In this document: positions 41,701 through 54,700 of the stretch, in pieces
How positions within the stretch are numbered: the stretch's first letter is position 1
Layout: each line of letters begins with the position of its first letter
Assembly (NCBI RefSeq): GCF_964204645.1
Contig: NC_134033.1
Coordinates: forward strand, 14,330,655-14,394,654
DNA length: 64,000 nt
From: Tubulanus polymorphus
Lineage: Eukaryota; Animalia; Nemertea
Direction of reading: 5' to 3'
Program-made: the position numbers and the translations under genes
Notes under the pieces: generated by a model
Told to the model about the DNA's origin: nothing
Database searches by the model: none
The model's input: only the letters and a program-made list of their open reading frames with translations

Positions 41701-42931
41701 TGCAATAACCATATACTATTTGTGCATGCACTCTTGCCTGCTTAGTCAATCATTGTCTTGCACTTTCTTGTCTTGTTCTCGTATAGCATGACTGTTTTCT
41801 CGAATATTTTCTACAGCTACCATCGCCTATCAGTACAACTACAGTACAATCTACCACCGCCTCGGCATCCACCGCGAATGTCACTAAAACAGCAAGTAAA
41901 CAATCATTAAAGGTGTCTCGTGACAATAGACGATCTTTGCACATATCATCTGATTCACTAGACAAAGAACAGGAGGAGATGACTAAAAAAGTATGTAGCG
42001 GGCAAACCTTTCTGCCTAAGAAAGACGGTGTCGTCTCAAATTACGTATACGCTAAAAGAAATATAGAAATGAAATAGACTCCATTTTTTTTTTTTTTGTG
42101 TTGTTGTAAGTTGAATTGCTTTCTGCAGGTTGAACAAAGATTAGTTGCAACTGATCCGGAAACCTTCGACATGTATGAAGAGGAGCAGCATGAGGAATGG
42201 CAGGTATGCTATCGCAAAGCTCCTTTACCTTATACGTGACTATTTCGATCTGGTGAAAAACTATTCAAGTTTTAGACTGAATCCCGTTACACTGCGCTAT
42301 TCTCAATCCTGAATCTATTTCATAGGTTTAGTTTTCATCAGTTATGCACACAGCAGCTCTGCATGGGTTTGCTTTATTTCAGATACAAAACACTGAAATT
42401 CAGCCGGTAACTTACACGAAGACATATAGTTACGAAACGACAGAAGGGAATGCCCAGTCTAATCAGATGATGTCAGGTGGTACGAACCAAATGATAACTG
42501 GTGGTCAGATGCAGGGTGGTGGTGGCCAGATGATGTCAGGCGGTGGAGGGACCGTCCAAATGATACCAGGCGGCGGAGGTGGCGGCCAGATGATGTCAGA
42601 CGGTGGAGGCTCGACGTCATATAGCTATGAATCTTCCAACCAGCAGTATGGTGATGCGAATATGAAAGGTGTCGTTGGAGGACAGGCGCTGATGCAAGGT
42701 GGTGGAGGCTCTGGTGGAATGGAGATGCAGAGCGGTGGCACGATGATGCAAAGCGGTGGAGGAGGAGGCAGTATGCAAGGAGGAGGTATGGCCATGCAGC
42801 AAGGAGGTGGTCGAATGCAGAGTGGTAGTTCAAGGCAATATTCTAGTAGTTCACAGTATTCATCTGGAGGAGGTGGAGGCCAAGGACAATCTTCTGTCGC
42901 TTCCGGCGGAGCATGGTCCCGGCGATATTAA
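18330..42931 (+). CDS. Single-pass Ig-superfamily (NCAM/fasciclin-II-like domain types) membrane protein, ~1,854 aa, with a very long low-complexity cytoplasmic tail
   Basis: Phase-consistent GT-AG exons: 18330-18408 (signal peptide MKPIISGGASVSPWLLLVVLICIAQY); 25348-25701; 26219-26367 and 26673-26823 (Ig1, LFCKAEGNPPPTLSW...DSGNYTC); 26895-27085 and 27330-27435 (Ig2); 27545-27700, 27931-28008, 28085-28144, 28220-28336 (FN3, DLEPETDY..VSATNPVG); 28806-28838; 29536-29658; 30360-30708 (Gly stalk, TM, Cys cluster); then 30784-30905, 31434-31818, 32152-32329, 32758-32868, 33583-33713, 34987-35128, 35412-35733, 36281-36600, 36959-37132, 37610-37774, 38215-38352, 38944-38991, 39600-39722, 40042-40278, 40595-40672, 40998-41039, 41163-41267, 41817-41990, 42129-42203, 42383-42931. 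The small exons are less certain. Confidence 0.8.
18905..19079 (+). mobile_element. Penelope-like element with hammerhead core, another copy
   Basis: A short inverted segment is followed by cctgacgatgatctctagggtgagatcgaaacgtcg...ccacgtttgagtgtggttatcgttc. Flanks tatcaagga (18896-18904) / tattaagga (19080-19088) resemble a target-site duplication. Confidence 0.75.
20495..20641. mobile_element. Short MITE-like element (GGGGCCAGTT/GGATCCAGTT-type termini); related termini at ~6271, ~7460, ~8695, ~19625, ~31100
   Basis: 5' ggctggttgcacag and 3' ctacgtaactggcccc are imperfect inverted termini. The copy at 8695 starts ggggccagttgcaca. Confidence 0.4.
20749..20779. repeat. (AT)n microsatellite
   Basis: About 15 AT units seen directly. 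Confidence 0.95.
27134..27254. mobile_element. Small MITE-like element in an intron of the Ig gene
   Basis: Perfect 12-bp inverted termini ggcgcaggaaaa (27134-27145) / ttttcctgcgcc (27243-27254). Confidence 0.45.
31895..32066 (-). mobile_element. tRNA-derived SINE-like element
   Basis: The minus strand reads gtggcgtgggcgaatggttaggacgttcgactctggga...gtgggttcaaatccc, with Pol III A and B boxes, no pairing acceptor stem, and a non-tRNA body. Confidence 0.55.
34213..34237 (+). CDS. Probable alternative terminal exon of the Ig receptor (short isoform ending SASAEDLL*)
   Basis: Strong acceptor tcctttctttcctgttacag, phase 2 matching the donor at 33713, then TAA and AATAAA at 34688-34693. Confidence 0.5.
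37395..37465 (-). pseudogene. tRNA-like sequence (pseudo-tRNA or SINE head)
   Basis: The minus strand reads tattggtctaatggttagctcgcttgcattcggcgtaagagatccgagttcgatcctcgctgaggc. A/B boxes and an anticodon-like stem are present, but the acceptor stem does not pair. Confidence 0.5.
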
Positions 42932-45233
42932 CGATAAGCTTAACTTCCTTCCATATTATGGTGCTTCAATATTGATAATAATCGAATGAAAAATGAATAA
43001 ATAGATGTAATAAAAATAACTTAATATATATAGTACGTAGGTAAAAGACACAGAGGAATCGTGTGTCGACAATTCGAAATCTGGCGTGCTTTTTTTGTAA
43101 AGAGCATTCATTATACAACGCTTCAATGCAACGTGGGAATTTACCCGGCTACTTGTCTTCTTACTCTTGAAGCTGCTAATTCAGTTACCTGCACAAAAAT
43201 GGCAGAAATTAATTTGGTCAGAATTCTTGATTTCGTCCGGAATATCAGACCGCGTAACATAATCGGCGCAAATAGAGCGGTCTCTAAAAATGCATCTGCT
43301 AGACCATTCGTTGAATCATATTTATTTTTAAGTCGATACTATGCGCTTTACTAGATATTCATGACACTAGCGACGTACCATAAGCTTAAATATATGGGTA
43401 GAGCGTCATCGACCTTATCAAAATACCATATACTATACATAAACATACTATTTCATGTACTTTGATACTGATTGCTATTTAGAGATACGTAATATGTAAG
43501 GATAATACTAGCCTTTCTTAGTGATACGCCTTGTAAAATTTGTACATTAATTTGTTCATCATCAAGCTAGCATCAACATCTAATATAAGCAATAAACAAA
43601 GGTAGATAGATTTACCTGTATTTTCTATTATGAATCATGTATTAACCGAAGCAGCCACGTTTTGTAAAAAAAAACGCATATAGTGCACATGAATAAAAGT
43701 TGTATTAGTGTGTCATCCGATGTAGGAACTCATTGGGAATGTGCGTGAGCCACGACCTGGGGATACAAATAACGAAATCCTTACGATAAATAAACGAAAA
43801 GTCTACGATTAGTTGGTATGGTCCTACTGTGGTAATCGAAGATCTGCTAGGAGCGCTAGTATGCTTGATACTGTTAAAAACTAACTGGTTGTGTGGTTAC
43901 CTCCGATGCCACAGCATTTCGGCTGATCCATATGAACATTCAGGAAAAGGAAGCAACCGAAGTTCTGTGCCATATTTCGTTATTTCGATTTTCGTAAAAT
44001 CAAGTATTTCGCAGGATTTCGTTATTTGCTCATAGTATAACTCTTTACAAGGACTACTGTTATTAGGTGATAAAATTGATGTTTTATACAGTTGTGATAA
44101 GCAAGCAGATTGTTCAAAGTATAAGAACTGAATGTGCTGACGGTTTACTACTTTTAGTATGAAATGTGTCTCAATATTCTTTATAACTCTTGTAAAAAAT
44201 AAATGCCATGCTTATCAAAAATACTCGCCGTTTGTAGCTTTTTATCTCTTTTTTGCCAAGAACTCGAGTGATCAACTGGGACGGTGAACGAACTTGAATG
44301 CGGTGACGGTCTCGGTTGAGAAGGATCAACACAGTGCTTACGACTCAAATGGAGGGCCAATAACCACCAGAGGACAACATCATGATATGTAGTTTTCCGA
44401 CAACAATAATTCGTCATTGACGAATACAAACAACAATACGATGTTACCAACTCATTTATTTGACCCACTCATTCATTAAGGAAAACAATGAACACATTGC
44501 AGAGTTGAATAAGGCCTCCAACTGGTCTCGCCAATATTCGGTTTTCAGGGTTGGAGCTGTCTTAACAGAGTTTCTTCTTAATAGCCTTATCTGGCTTATC
44601 CCTGCCTTGACAAATGACACGTTCACGAACACTAGTAAAAGAGGTGTGGCTGGTATTCAATCAATGAAAAAAAGTCAACACGAAATGATGTAATGAACAA
44701 CCTGTGACGTATTTTAATGTGTGAAACACGTGCGGACATTTTTACACACTACTCAAAAAGTTCAGTCTGACCAGCTTCACGCAGCCAATGTTTACATTGC
44801 ATGCCACTTGTTTGTTTTGCCTCGTCGGGCAATAACAATGGAAACTCATAATCATCTGCAGAACAACTGAAGCTAAATGAAATTCATTGAATTCATTGAA
44901 TAATTCCCTTTTTGTCCAGTTTATGTTACAAAACAACGCGAATTCATATTCAAATCGAGAAAACGAATGCATTGTGGAAGTAAAGTAAACAAGTTGTTTA
45001 GCCAAAATCGAATGTTTAACTTGTTTAACTTGAAACGTTGGTAGTTAGTTATGTGCGTGGAAAGGCATAGCAACTAGAAATATTCACAGCACTACGGGTA
45101 AGCTTTATTTATCATTACTAATGTTCATGATTATTTTAATGATTGAAACTCACGAAGGTATCGATCTACAGTCTGGATCCACTCCACTTTTTGAAAGTGT
45201 ATGAAGTCTGGTGTGGAAAGTTATTTTTCCACT

Positions 45234-45480
45234 TGAAATATCTCATGTGACGTTCTGATCACGTGTAAAATGTGGATTATCAGTTTTCGTATTGAAAGTG
45301 CACTCATTGATGAAATATCTAATGTCTGGTAATTTTTTGTAGTTCATTTTTCGATTTGAAATATCTCGGTGAAGTTCTAAACACGTCACGTGAAGCGTGG
45401 ATTATCAGTTTTGACAGAGTGATAAAATGTCTAATGTCAATATATATCTTTGTGGGTTCATATTCTATTATCTCGAATGT
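45234..45480. repeat. Diverged ~123-bp tandem duplication upstream of the kringle gene ATG
   Basis: tgaaatatctc...gtggattatcagtttt...ctaatgtc...gttcat occurs twice. Confidence 0.7.
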
Positions 45481-45737
45481 CTCATAAATGAACGTGAACT
45501 GTTGAGTTGATCGTACACTTTGTAAGAAAGTCTGAGGACTGTGGGTCCAGGCAGAGATTGAAACACCTAAATAAAGAGAGCATAAACTTGCTGGAAAATC
45601 GTCCGAAATCGTAGATTTGAAGCGGCTTTGAATTTTAGGATTTATTCTTCACTTCCTATCAAAACAAACGATGCGAACGTCTTAAAAGATTTTTCTTTTC
45701 ATTCCGTTAAATAAGAGAAAATAAACCAACGAAAAAG

Positions 45738-48700
45738 ATGGCAAAACCTTTTTATCTAACGATGTTTGCATTGGTGACAGCGTACGGTATGTATACGATG
45801 CTCCCTTTACCAGGTCAACTCCTAAACATTAAGCCATTAAAGGCTGATTGGTTCAGCTTTATACAAAGGGCTGACCATATACAACCATAACTCGTATGCA
45901 TATATTGATAATCAAAATATTGATTGAAAATTCTGAAGATTTGATTTTCTTATTCTTTTCTTTATCCTTAACTTTGTGAAATGGATATAATTTTATGCGG
46001 ATAACATTGTTATTTCAAACAATACATCGACAACACTGACAACCTGGTATGTAGCGAAATAATTCGGCCCGTTCTAATCTTTCTCTCTAGTAGTATCAGC
46101 TGCGGGGCAGCCAGCAAATGAACCAGTTCGTGAACCAACAGTCAATCCGGTCAGGGAACCAGCGGTCGATTTAGTCGGCGAACCAGGACCGGTTTCGACA
46201 TCACCGCCGCAATCCGGTATCTTATCATCTTAATCATCCTCGATACGAAGTATATGACTTTGAAACCCGAGGCCAATAATCAATAGCTCGCAAACAAGAA
46301 ATCTTAGATTTAAGATCTTGTAGCCAATCTAATCGTTCATATGATTAAACTACTTTTTACTAGACCGTGATTTTAATGGTGAAAAGTTGGCATAATTAGC
46401 AGAATAACAACACTTAAACGTGGTGAAAGAACAATAAGATAACATAAGACATATAACATATATACCATAAGATAAAAACCCACTATATACAAATTCAAAT
46501 TAGGAGTGTTTTAAAATCGAGAAATAATCATAAAAGACTTTTAATTTAATTGTACATAGTTGGTTTTTATCTTATGTAGGCCTAATTGTTGTTCATCGTT
46601 TAGAATATGATATATTTTTCTTCATCACCGACAGTTCCAGCATTGGCTCCTTCGGTATGGAGCGAAACGACGAAAGCGCCACAGCGACCGAACGAGAACC
46701 AAGGAACGACTAGTCCTAAATTTCAAACAGACTTTCGATGTAAATCTATTATCATATTATCCACATTCTTCATATCCGTAATATCCACAATGATCTAGCG
46801 ATAAGTTCAAACATAATCGAGATGAAAATTTAAGCAGAGTGCGAAATGAATGACTAAGATGCTTTTTGATATGCGCTATTTGAATATTTCAAACAAGAAA
46901 AATGATATTCGCAGGTTTAATCTCTCATCGCAGACATATCTTCGAGATCTTCGCCAGTTGATAGTACGTTAACATGTACTTAATGTTTTTTTTCTCTACC
47001 GAACGATTCAAGCTTTGAAAATGATCGAAGCCGACAAGACAGAGAAAGGTAAGATAAATGAATAATCCATCGTTATACATTAATTTCATGCAACCTAAAA
47101 GATTATATCAGATTTGAAAACTGTAGCTCAACGACGCAGGTTAGGGGTTCTTTATTTCACTTGGGTACCGGTTACACTGCTGTGGCAAGCGGAATTTCAC
47201 CATGATCCTCCAGGTGTCGCTAGTGTACAATACGACGTCGACGATTAAAATCTAACAATAATTTCTCAAATTATATGCATTATATATGAAAATCGTGGCA
47301 CATACGAACTCTGAAGAATAATCAGAGTTTATTTTCGATGTGTGATTTGACCAATTTTTTGATTGGAAGTCTGAAAATTCAGATCAAAAACTAATTTTGA
47401 TCGAGTGCGTCTCATATATCAGTGGCGCCATCTAACGGAAAACTGGTAGAACTGACCTGGAACCAGCTACTGTCCACACCCATACAGAATTAGTACTTTC
47501 CAAAATTAAGAACATTTAGGGAATTAAAGAAAATTATTTGAACGGCCTTTTAGGTCAATTTAAATTTGCCTAAACGGTCTAAATGGGACGGGCGAATTTT
47601 GAATGAAGTGTCACTAGTTGGTCTGTTCTAAATTGATTGGTTGGACCAAATGTAGACCGTTCTAAATAAAATGGTGTAAATGCGGTTGTGATAAAGAATC
47701 AGATATTCGGAAAAATCACGCGGGATATTGCGCTAATCAATCAACCAATCGCATTTGACCGCTTATTTGTGGCACATGCCTGCGCGGTATCAACACAGAT
47801 TTCTCATTTCATCTTTGCATTCGTCAAATAATTACCCGACGCTGTTTACAGACTGTGACTGCGCCGACGAGCTGGTTAAACAACCCGACGACTGTATCGA
47901 TATGGTCAACGATCCAAAGGGAAAGAAATACAAGGGTGGAGCGACGACTTCGGAGAATGGTCATACTTGTCAGCGCTGGGACTCGCAGGAACCTAATCAA
48001 CACAATACTCCCGAAGACAGATTCCCGGATGGTGAGAACTTCACTTTTATCTCAACAAAACTTTAACTTAACTTTCCTTTGGCGCGATCTTGATGTTGGT
48101 TTCTTTCAATGAGGAATTGGTAAGTAGATATTTCAGAAATACTAGAAATATACTTTTTGAATGATTCAGATATTTCGTTTCAGAAAATAAAACGGCCGCG
48201 GAAAACTTTTGTCGCAATCCAAATGGTGATGAATTCCCCTGGTGCTTCGTTACGGACGCCGACGTTGGAAAAGATTACTGCGATATTCCAGAATGCCGTA
48301 AGCCTGAACCTATCGACAGATTTCGTTCGGTGGCTCGGGTGAATATTCGGCGTATATTTTTGTCTTTCAGCCGATGAGTGTCTTAGCGATCCGACGGGTA
48401 AATACTACGCCGGGCGAACGTCCGAGACAGAATCGGGAAGGAAGTGTCAACCGTGGGCGTTGTTGAGACCACATTCGCATATACTCGGCCAGTATTATTC
48501 TTACTTCCCCGAGAAAGACATAATAAAAGCCAAAGATTTTTGTCGCAACCCCGACCGATCGCCGAAACCGTGGTGTTTTACAATGGATCCGGATAAGAGG
48601 TGGGAATACTGCAATATCAAGCAGTGTCCAACTGGTAAGTATAATCGTGTCAAAATTGTATATGCCTAAGTCAGATCGCTGTTAGTCGGAAAATTAGAAT

Positions 48701-51700
48701 AGTCGGGTCTTGTAGTTGCCTGGTTAGTTAGTTTCCTCCACAGGTCAGGTTATCCTTATACGTACATAGAGTGATGATGACGTCCTTTATGCATGGTATA
48801 TTCAATTTGGTGTATTTGTTTTGTCAGTCAGAATTTTTCAGTAAATATCCCTAAATCCGGCTTCATACGACATACTTGTATAGTCGCCTTAAACTTAGCG
48901 GGGCATACTTTTCCCAACCGTTTCGATCCACGCAGGCAGTGTTCGTTTATCTTCGAATCAGCGTGACTAAGATATCACAAATGGCAATGTCGTTTATAAA
49001 CATCGCATTTCATATATTAGTTCAGTAAAAAACCGAATGTTGTTATATATAGCAGGAACAACTAGAATAATAGGTGCCGCCACTACAGTGCTACGTGAGC
49101 CAACGGACGCACCGATGGAGACAACCGTTACATCGAAACGTGAGTATACGGCTCCAAAAATCGATAAATCTCCGACAGGTGAGTGAAGCTGGTGATTGAC
49201 CGTTGAAAGGCTGTATAGCAAAAAGCCAAAGCCAAATTCAGACCGCGAGGCACCCGAACGAGTTAACTCCGGCGCTTTGGTAGGCGGAAAGTAACGATTG
49301 ACGCTACGTTTTGTTCAACATTAGGCAGTTATTCATAATCGACGTCAAGGTCGGCTGTCAGCTGACGTCGTGTGACGACAGCTTTTGTTGTTTACATCAT
49401 CGAGCACGACATGCCCTCATTGCCACTAGATGGCGAACTGGTCAGTACTAGCTGCTGTGACTTTATTCAAGACACTCTAATGCTGTCATACAGTCGTTTA
49501 AATGCACAGCGAACTTTTCAGGGAACACTAGCAATGGGCGATTTTAAAGAAAGTGAACAAATGGGAAAACATCAATACCATTGTAGAGTTTTAAACGACA
49601 GATGAAAAGTTCTTTAGAAATGTAGACAATCGCTATGTCAATCGAACCAAACCTGATATATAATTCCTCAACGAATCAGGCGTTTCTAATACTGCGTTCA
49701 AATACCAGGACCAGCATCGATGTATAAAATGTTTCTAATGCTGCTTCTATTTTTGTTTTTTCACCCTCAAGCTCCCGGATGTATAACCCCAGAGGGTGCA
49801 TACGACGGCTCTGTCTCGACCACTGTATCGGGATTCACGTGCCAGAGATGGGATTCCCAGCAGCCGCATAAACATATCTATGCAAACCACCCGAACTTTT
49901 TTCCTGGTAAAACAATTTCTGAAAATGAGAACTATTGCCGCAATCCTTTTCCAAAGTATTCGGAAACTGCTTGGTGTCATACGACTGATAGATGGTTGCT
50001 ATGGGAGTTTTGCAATGTCACCGAATGCGAGCCACCGAAGAAACCAAAGCCAGGTATAGACACGGTTTGCAACCTAAGAATAGCTGATTGTGCTGTTCTT
50101 GGCTAGCATCGATAGTTACACTTAAAAACAAGAAAACAAAATGGAAAGTTTATTATAGACACCTTGAAAAAGAACACACGCAGTGCTTCGGCGAAAATAT
50201 ATACATAGTATAAATCATATGATATAGATAATGACCAACTAAGTAATTTGGATTTGAATTTATCGATGATTGATCGCCAAACAGTCTAACCCCGATATTG
50301 ATAACGTATACTACAAGTCTTAAACATTCAGATTCATAATTGTGAATTTTGGCGTCTATTTTGTAATTGAATAAATATGTCATCAATTTCACAACTCCTA
50401 TTTCCAACGGCTTTTGATAACTTGTTATTTTGAAACGCCGATATTGATGACGTAAAGCACATCGACTCACACAGAACCCCTTGAATAACGTATATTACTA
50501 GATGTATGTATATATTGTGTAACGGTTTTTACGGCGTCAAAAATGTTTTGGCACTATTCAAAACCTGCTGCCAGATAGATAGATGATGGTAATAACGTGA
50601 GAGTTCATAATCTTTTATTTGCTATTTCTGTCAGGTCCCGAGTGCAAGAAAACCGCCGACGGATTAGATTACAAAGGAGTCCAGTCGAAAACGAAGAGCG
50701 GTAAATCGTGCCAGCTTTGGCTAGCCAATTACCCGCACGCAAAGAATTTGCATAAAATGTATAATAATTTTCCCGAAAAATCATTGAAACTGGCGGAAAA
50801 TTACTGCAGGAATCCGGACAAAAGTTCGACCGGACCTTGGTGCTACACTATGGATTCGACGACCGAAAAGGAAACATGTGGCATACCGGACTGTCCAGGT
50901 AATATTGACATTGTTTAAACTTTCTTCCCTGTAAGATTATTATCGATAAGTCATGTTTTTCGTAATGGTTTCGTCAAGCTGTGGGCAGCTCCTTTTCGAG
51001 TCCCTATAGCTTTCCAAAAGATTCTTTGCAAGAATCCTTAAGAATGCTGGAGGTACTAAATACAGCAACAACCCGCGATAAGTTGGTTAGATTTAACCAG
51101 GAGATACATAGTTGACGTAGTGACAATCAAAGTATATTTTTAGTATGTACCCTGGTAATGTATTGGATGGTTATCGTAAACAATCGTTTGGCCAACACTG
51201 TCCCGTGGTATCGATTGGGTTAACCTGGATAAATACAGGATACATACCTTGATGACAATGCAGTCTTGAGTGTCAGTGTTCCACATGTGAATTGAAATGA
51301 ACGATTTGGACAACTGGGATTGATAATATTAAAACGTGGTGACCTCGGGAGAAGACGAATGCGAAACGATGTCATTTTTTTCTATCATTCGATTTCTGAA
51401 TGATATTTCAGAATGCAAGGAGACGAAGAAGGGTTTGAAATACATGGGTGAAACAGAGTACTCATTTTCCGGAATGCGATGCAAGAAATGGTCGACACGG
51501 AATTTCGATGGTGACAATTTTCCAGAAGGGGATGTGGCAGATGCAAAGAACTATTGCCGAAATCCTGATGGGAAGGACGAAGGTCCGTGGTGCTTCATCG
51601 GTCAAACTGACGACGATTGGGAATACTGTTTTGTTCCATATTGCAATCCACCAATGCCACCAGTGCCCGGTAAGCACGTGGTCCATACATTTCATAATCT

Positions 51701-54700
51701 GATGAAAGTGACTAAAACTGAATAATTCATCCGATCAATTCAGATTGATAACTTGCAATATTCATTCCATTTATTAGGATTGAAAGTGAAGTATTGCTTC
51801 TAACGAAATGGTTTATTTTCATATAGATATTTACACAATTAATGAATGTAAAGTAAAATAGAAACAAAACTCCGGTTAGAAATTAGAGATGTAATAGTAT
51901 CAGATGAAGGAATACTTTCTAGAGACAGCTTATACAAATGAAAATATTTTTACGTTTTTGTCATGATGTCATTTTTTCTATAAGTTCACTTTGTTTTTGT
52001 TCTTTTTCATTATCTTGTTCTCTTCGTTTTTTTTTTCTCATGAGGGTGATACATAACACAAGCACCAAGCTTTCTTTGTACCGTTCTCGCTTGCTTTTTC
52101 CTACATTCTATATTTACAGTTTGATAATAATAATAATAATAATTATTATTATAATAGTAATAATATAATAACCATCAGATGAAACAAAAAGAAAATAAGA
52201 TAAAGAGAAAAACTAAAAAGGGAAGTAAGGAAAACCATCCAATACGGAACGATTACTATGATCTTGTATTCTGAATTCACACTTGAATTACACGAAGCTA
52301 GAACAGGGAGTTTGGCTAAACGGTTCTTATAAAGTAAGACTGCATTTTTTTCTTTGCAGGTAGGGAATGCTACGAAGATAACGGCAAGTCATATACGGGC
52401 AGTTCTATGGAAACCCGTACCGGCAAATGGTGCCAGTCGTGGATGGAACAAGTACCACATCGACACGGATATTCAAATGCGAATGATTTTCCAGATGAAT
52501 CGCTGTATGACGCCTCTAATTACTGCAGGAATCCCGACAACAGTGAAGATGGTCCGTGGTGTTTCACAACGGAATCCGATGTCAGGAAAGAGTTTTGTGA
52601 CGTTCCAGAATGCAAAGGTAAGTAGACCATCGTCGAACGATAAATAATATCATTAGCTGTGATCGCAAGAGGTTTTTTTACCCTGCAAAACCGTTCACAA
52701 CCGCCAAACGCATCGTTTCTGTATGACACGATTTAAAAAGTTGGGCAAGTTCCGTGCAAAATCTCAGTTAGGATAGATAATCCGCGTGAAGGCTAACTTG
52801 CTCCGCAAATGACGCATTCGCCGCTTGACGGAACATGTTTCAATGCTGAGTCAGCGGTTTACGTGTGATAGTACTCTCTTATTAGGAATACCTGCCAGAT
52901 TTGACCCCAGGCCACTTTCACCTCCTCCCCCGGTAGGGATTCATTTGAACCTGATGGCGCGCTACGGTACGAAACCATGCAACACTAGCCTGAGCAGCTT
53001 TGATGATGTCATTTTTTGCCTTGCGTTTTCCATTTATAGTTATATGTATAGTTATAGTGTAAAATTAGCCTCAGCGATCATACAGCAGGCGATTTGATTG
53101 GCGCCGCGAGTTTTCGTGCGGCAAACCTGCGCATGTACCTGCGCACGCGGTCTAGTGTGACAGGTTTTCGAGTGTAGCGATGCCATTGGGTTCGAATCCC
53201 TGCCGAGGGAGGATGTTTTGACCCAGTTTTGACCCATCGTCTGCATGTGATTGCAGAAAATGGAAGTTAAGTAAAACTATCAAAAACTAAATTGAATGCG
53301 CATTAATATTGCGATTTTTCCGTGTACCTCGTAGTATGATATATAACCAAACTCACGCGGCTATCTTTGGTTGAATTCGGATACGGGATACGGATTTATT
53401 GATCAATTCTAGATTGCAAGGACAACTTAAAAGGCCACGATTACATCGGCAACAAGACGGAAACTGTGTCCGGCTTCACTTGTGATTTTTGGATCAACCA
53501 CGCCATCACGGTAGATTCGTCGAAGTTTCCGTATGAGGATCTCGATGCTGCTAAGAACTACTGTCGTAACCCAACCGATCAACCCGAGGGTCCGTGGTGT
53601 TACGTCAACCACCAGACTTTAGTATGGGAATATTGTTTAGTGAAACTTTGCAAGAAGCCTGACGAGCCGAGTAAGTAAGAAGCATATATCCTTGTTGGTA
53701 GAAGCAGGGCAACTACTGTTGACACCACGTTTCGGCTCTTGTAGTTCGAAGTTTTGTATATTTATTTCAGTTCGATGTTTATAATTTCTTATAGCTTTTC
53801 AACTCTGTATTGTGCTGCCACCTATCGTTCTTCTTATTTTCCGGTTTTATCACGTCATTTTGGGGTAGCCACATTTGAACGCAGCTGGTTTTGGTTGTAG
53901 CGATATCTTGTCAAAAAAAGCTTTGTTGTCCCAAACGTCTTTGCGTCTTGGTTGAAATTAATGGTCGAATAGACAGTTTGGACGTTGAGAAAAATTCAGT
54001 TTTGGTTGTCAGTAGCAACAACAACTTTTGAGGCATATTCCACAGAAAGCTTCCACCCTCTATGGCCCTATGAGATCACTATATTGCCTTTGTAATGACT
54101 TGCTTTCGTGCTAATTTTGCTTTTAGCTGATGAATGTAAAACGGACGAGCAAGGCTCCGATTACGAAGGGCCCGTTAACGAGGGCAAGATCGGGGGTAAA
54201 AAGGTCGAATGTCAAATGTGGATTGCGCAACATCCGAACAGACATTCGCGACGTGGCGATAGGTTCCCCGAGGGCAGCCTGTTCCTCGCCAAAGACTACT
54301 GCCGCAATCCGGACAACGACCCTAAAGGACCGTGGTGTTACAGTCTTGATGCGCCTTACGGTAAGGCTCATTGCGATATCGAAACATGCCCGACAACACC
54401 TGTGACAACAGAGAAAACGGTGACTGAAGTGACGACTCCGCCGCCTGTCGACTGTAAGTAGCTAAACTGACAGAAAAGATCAGTCATGAATAAGTATGTT
54501 AATATGTAAGTGGATATGCAAAGTGGAAATCACACGACTTGCTTGCCAATGGGGTTCTAGGTTGGAAGTGCATGGCTCTTCAAGCTCGACCGATCCACTA
54601 AAAGCTTTAGGTTTACTAGGTTTAAGAAGCTTCTTCACACATTCCAGTAGAACATCGTCTTGTTAATAATCTAACGATCAAATCTTTTATTTCTTATGAC

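Noticed and set aside
42344-42931. Stand-alone 195-aa Gly-rich protein
   Set aside because: A good acceptor at 42381-42382 in phase 0 links it to the upstream exons, so the ORF's ATG is intronic.
49062-49080. R-IIGA resembling a serine-protease activation site
   Set aside because: It lies in a Thr-rich linker between kringles, and no protease domain follows.
53144-53215. tRNA-like A/B boxes (ggttcgaatccc)
   Set aside because: No cloverleaf. At most a decayed SINE head, like similar fragments at ~20390 and ~25840.
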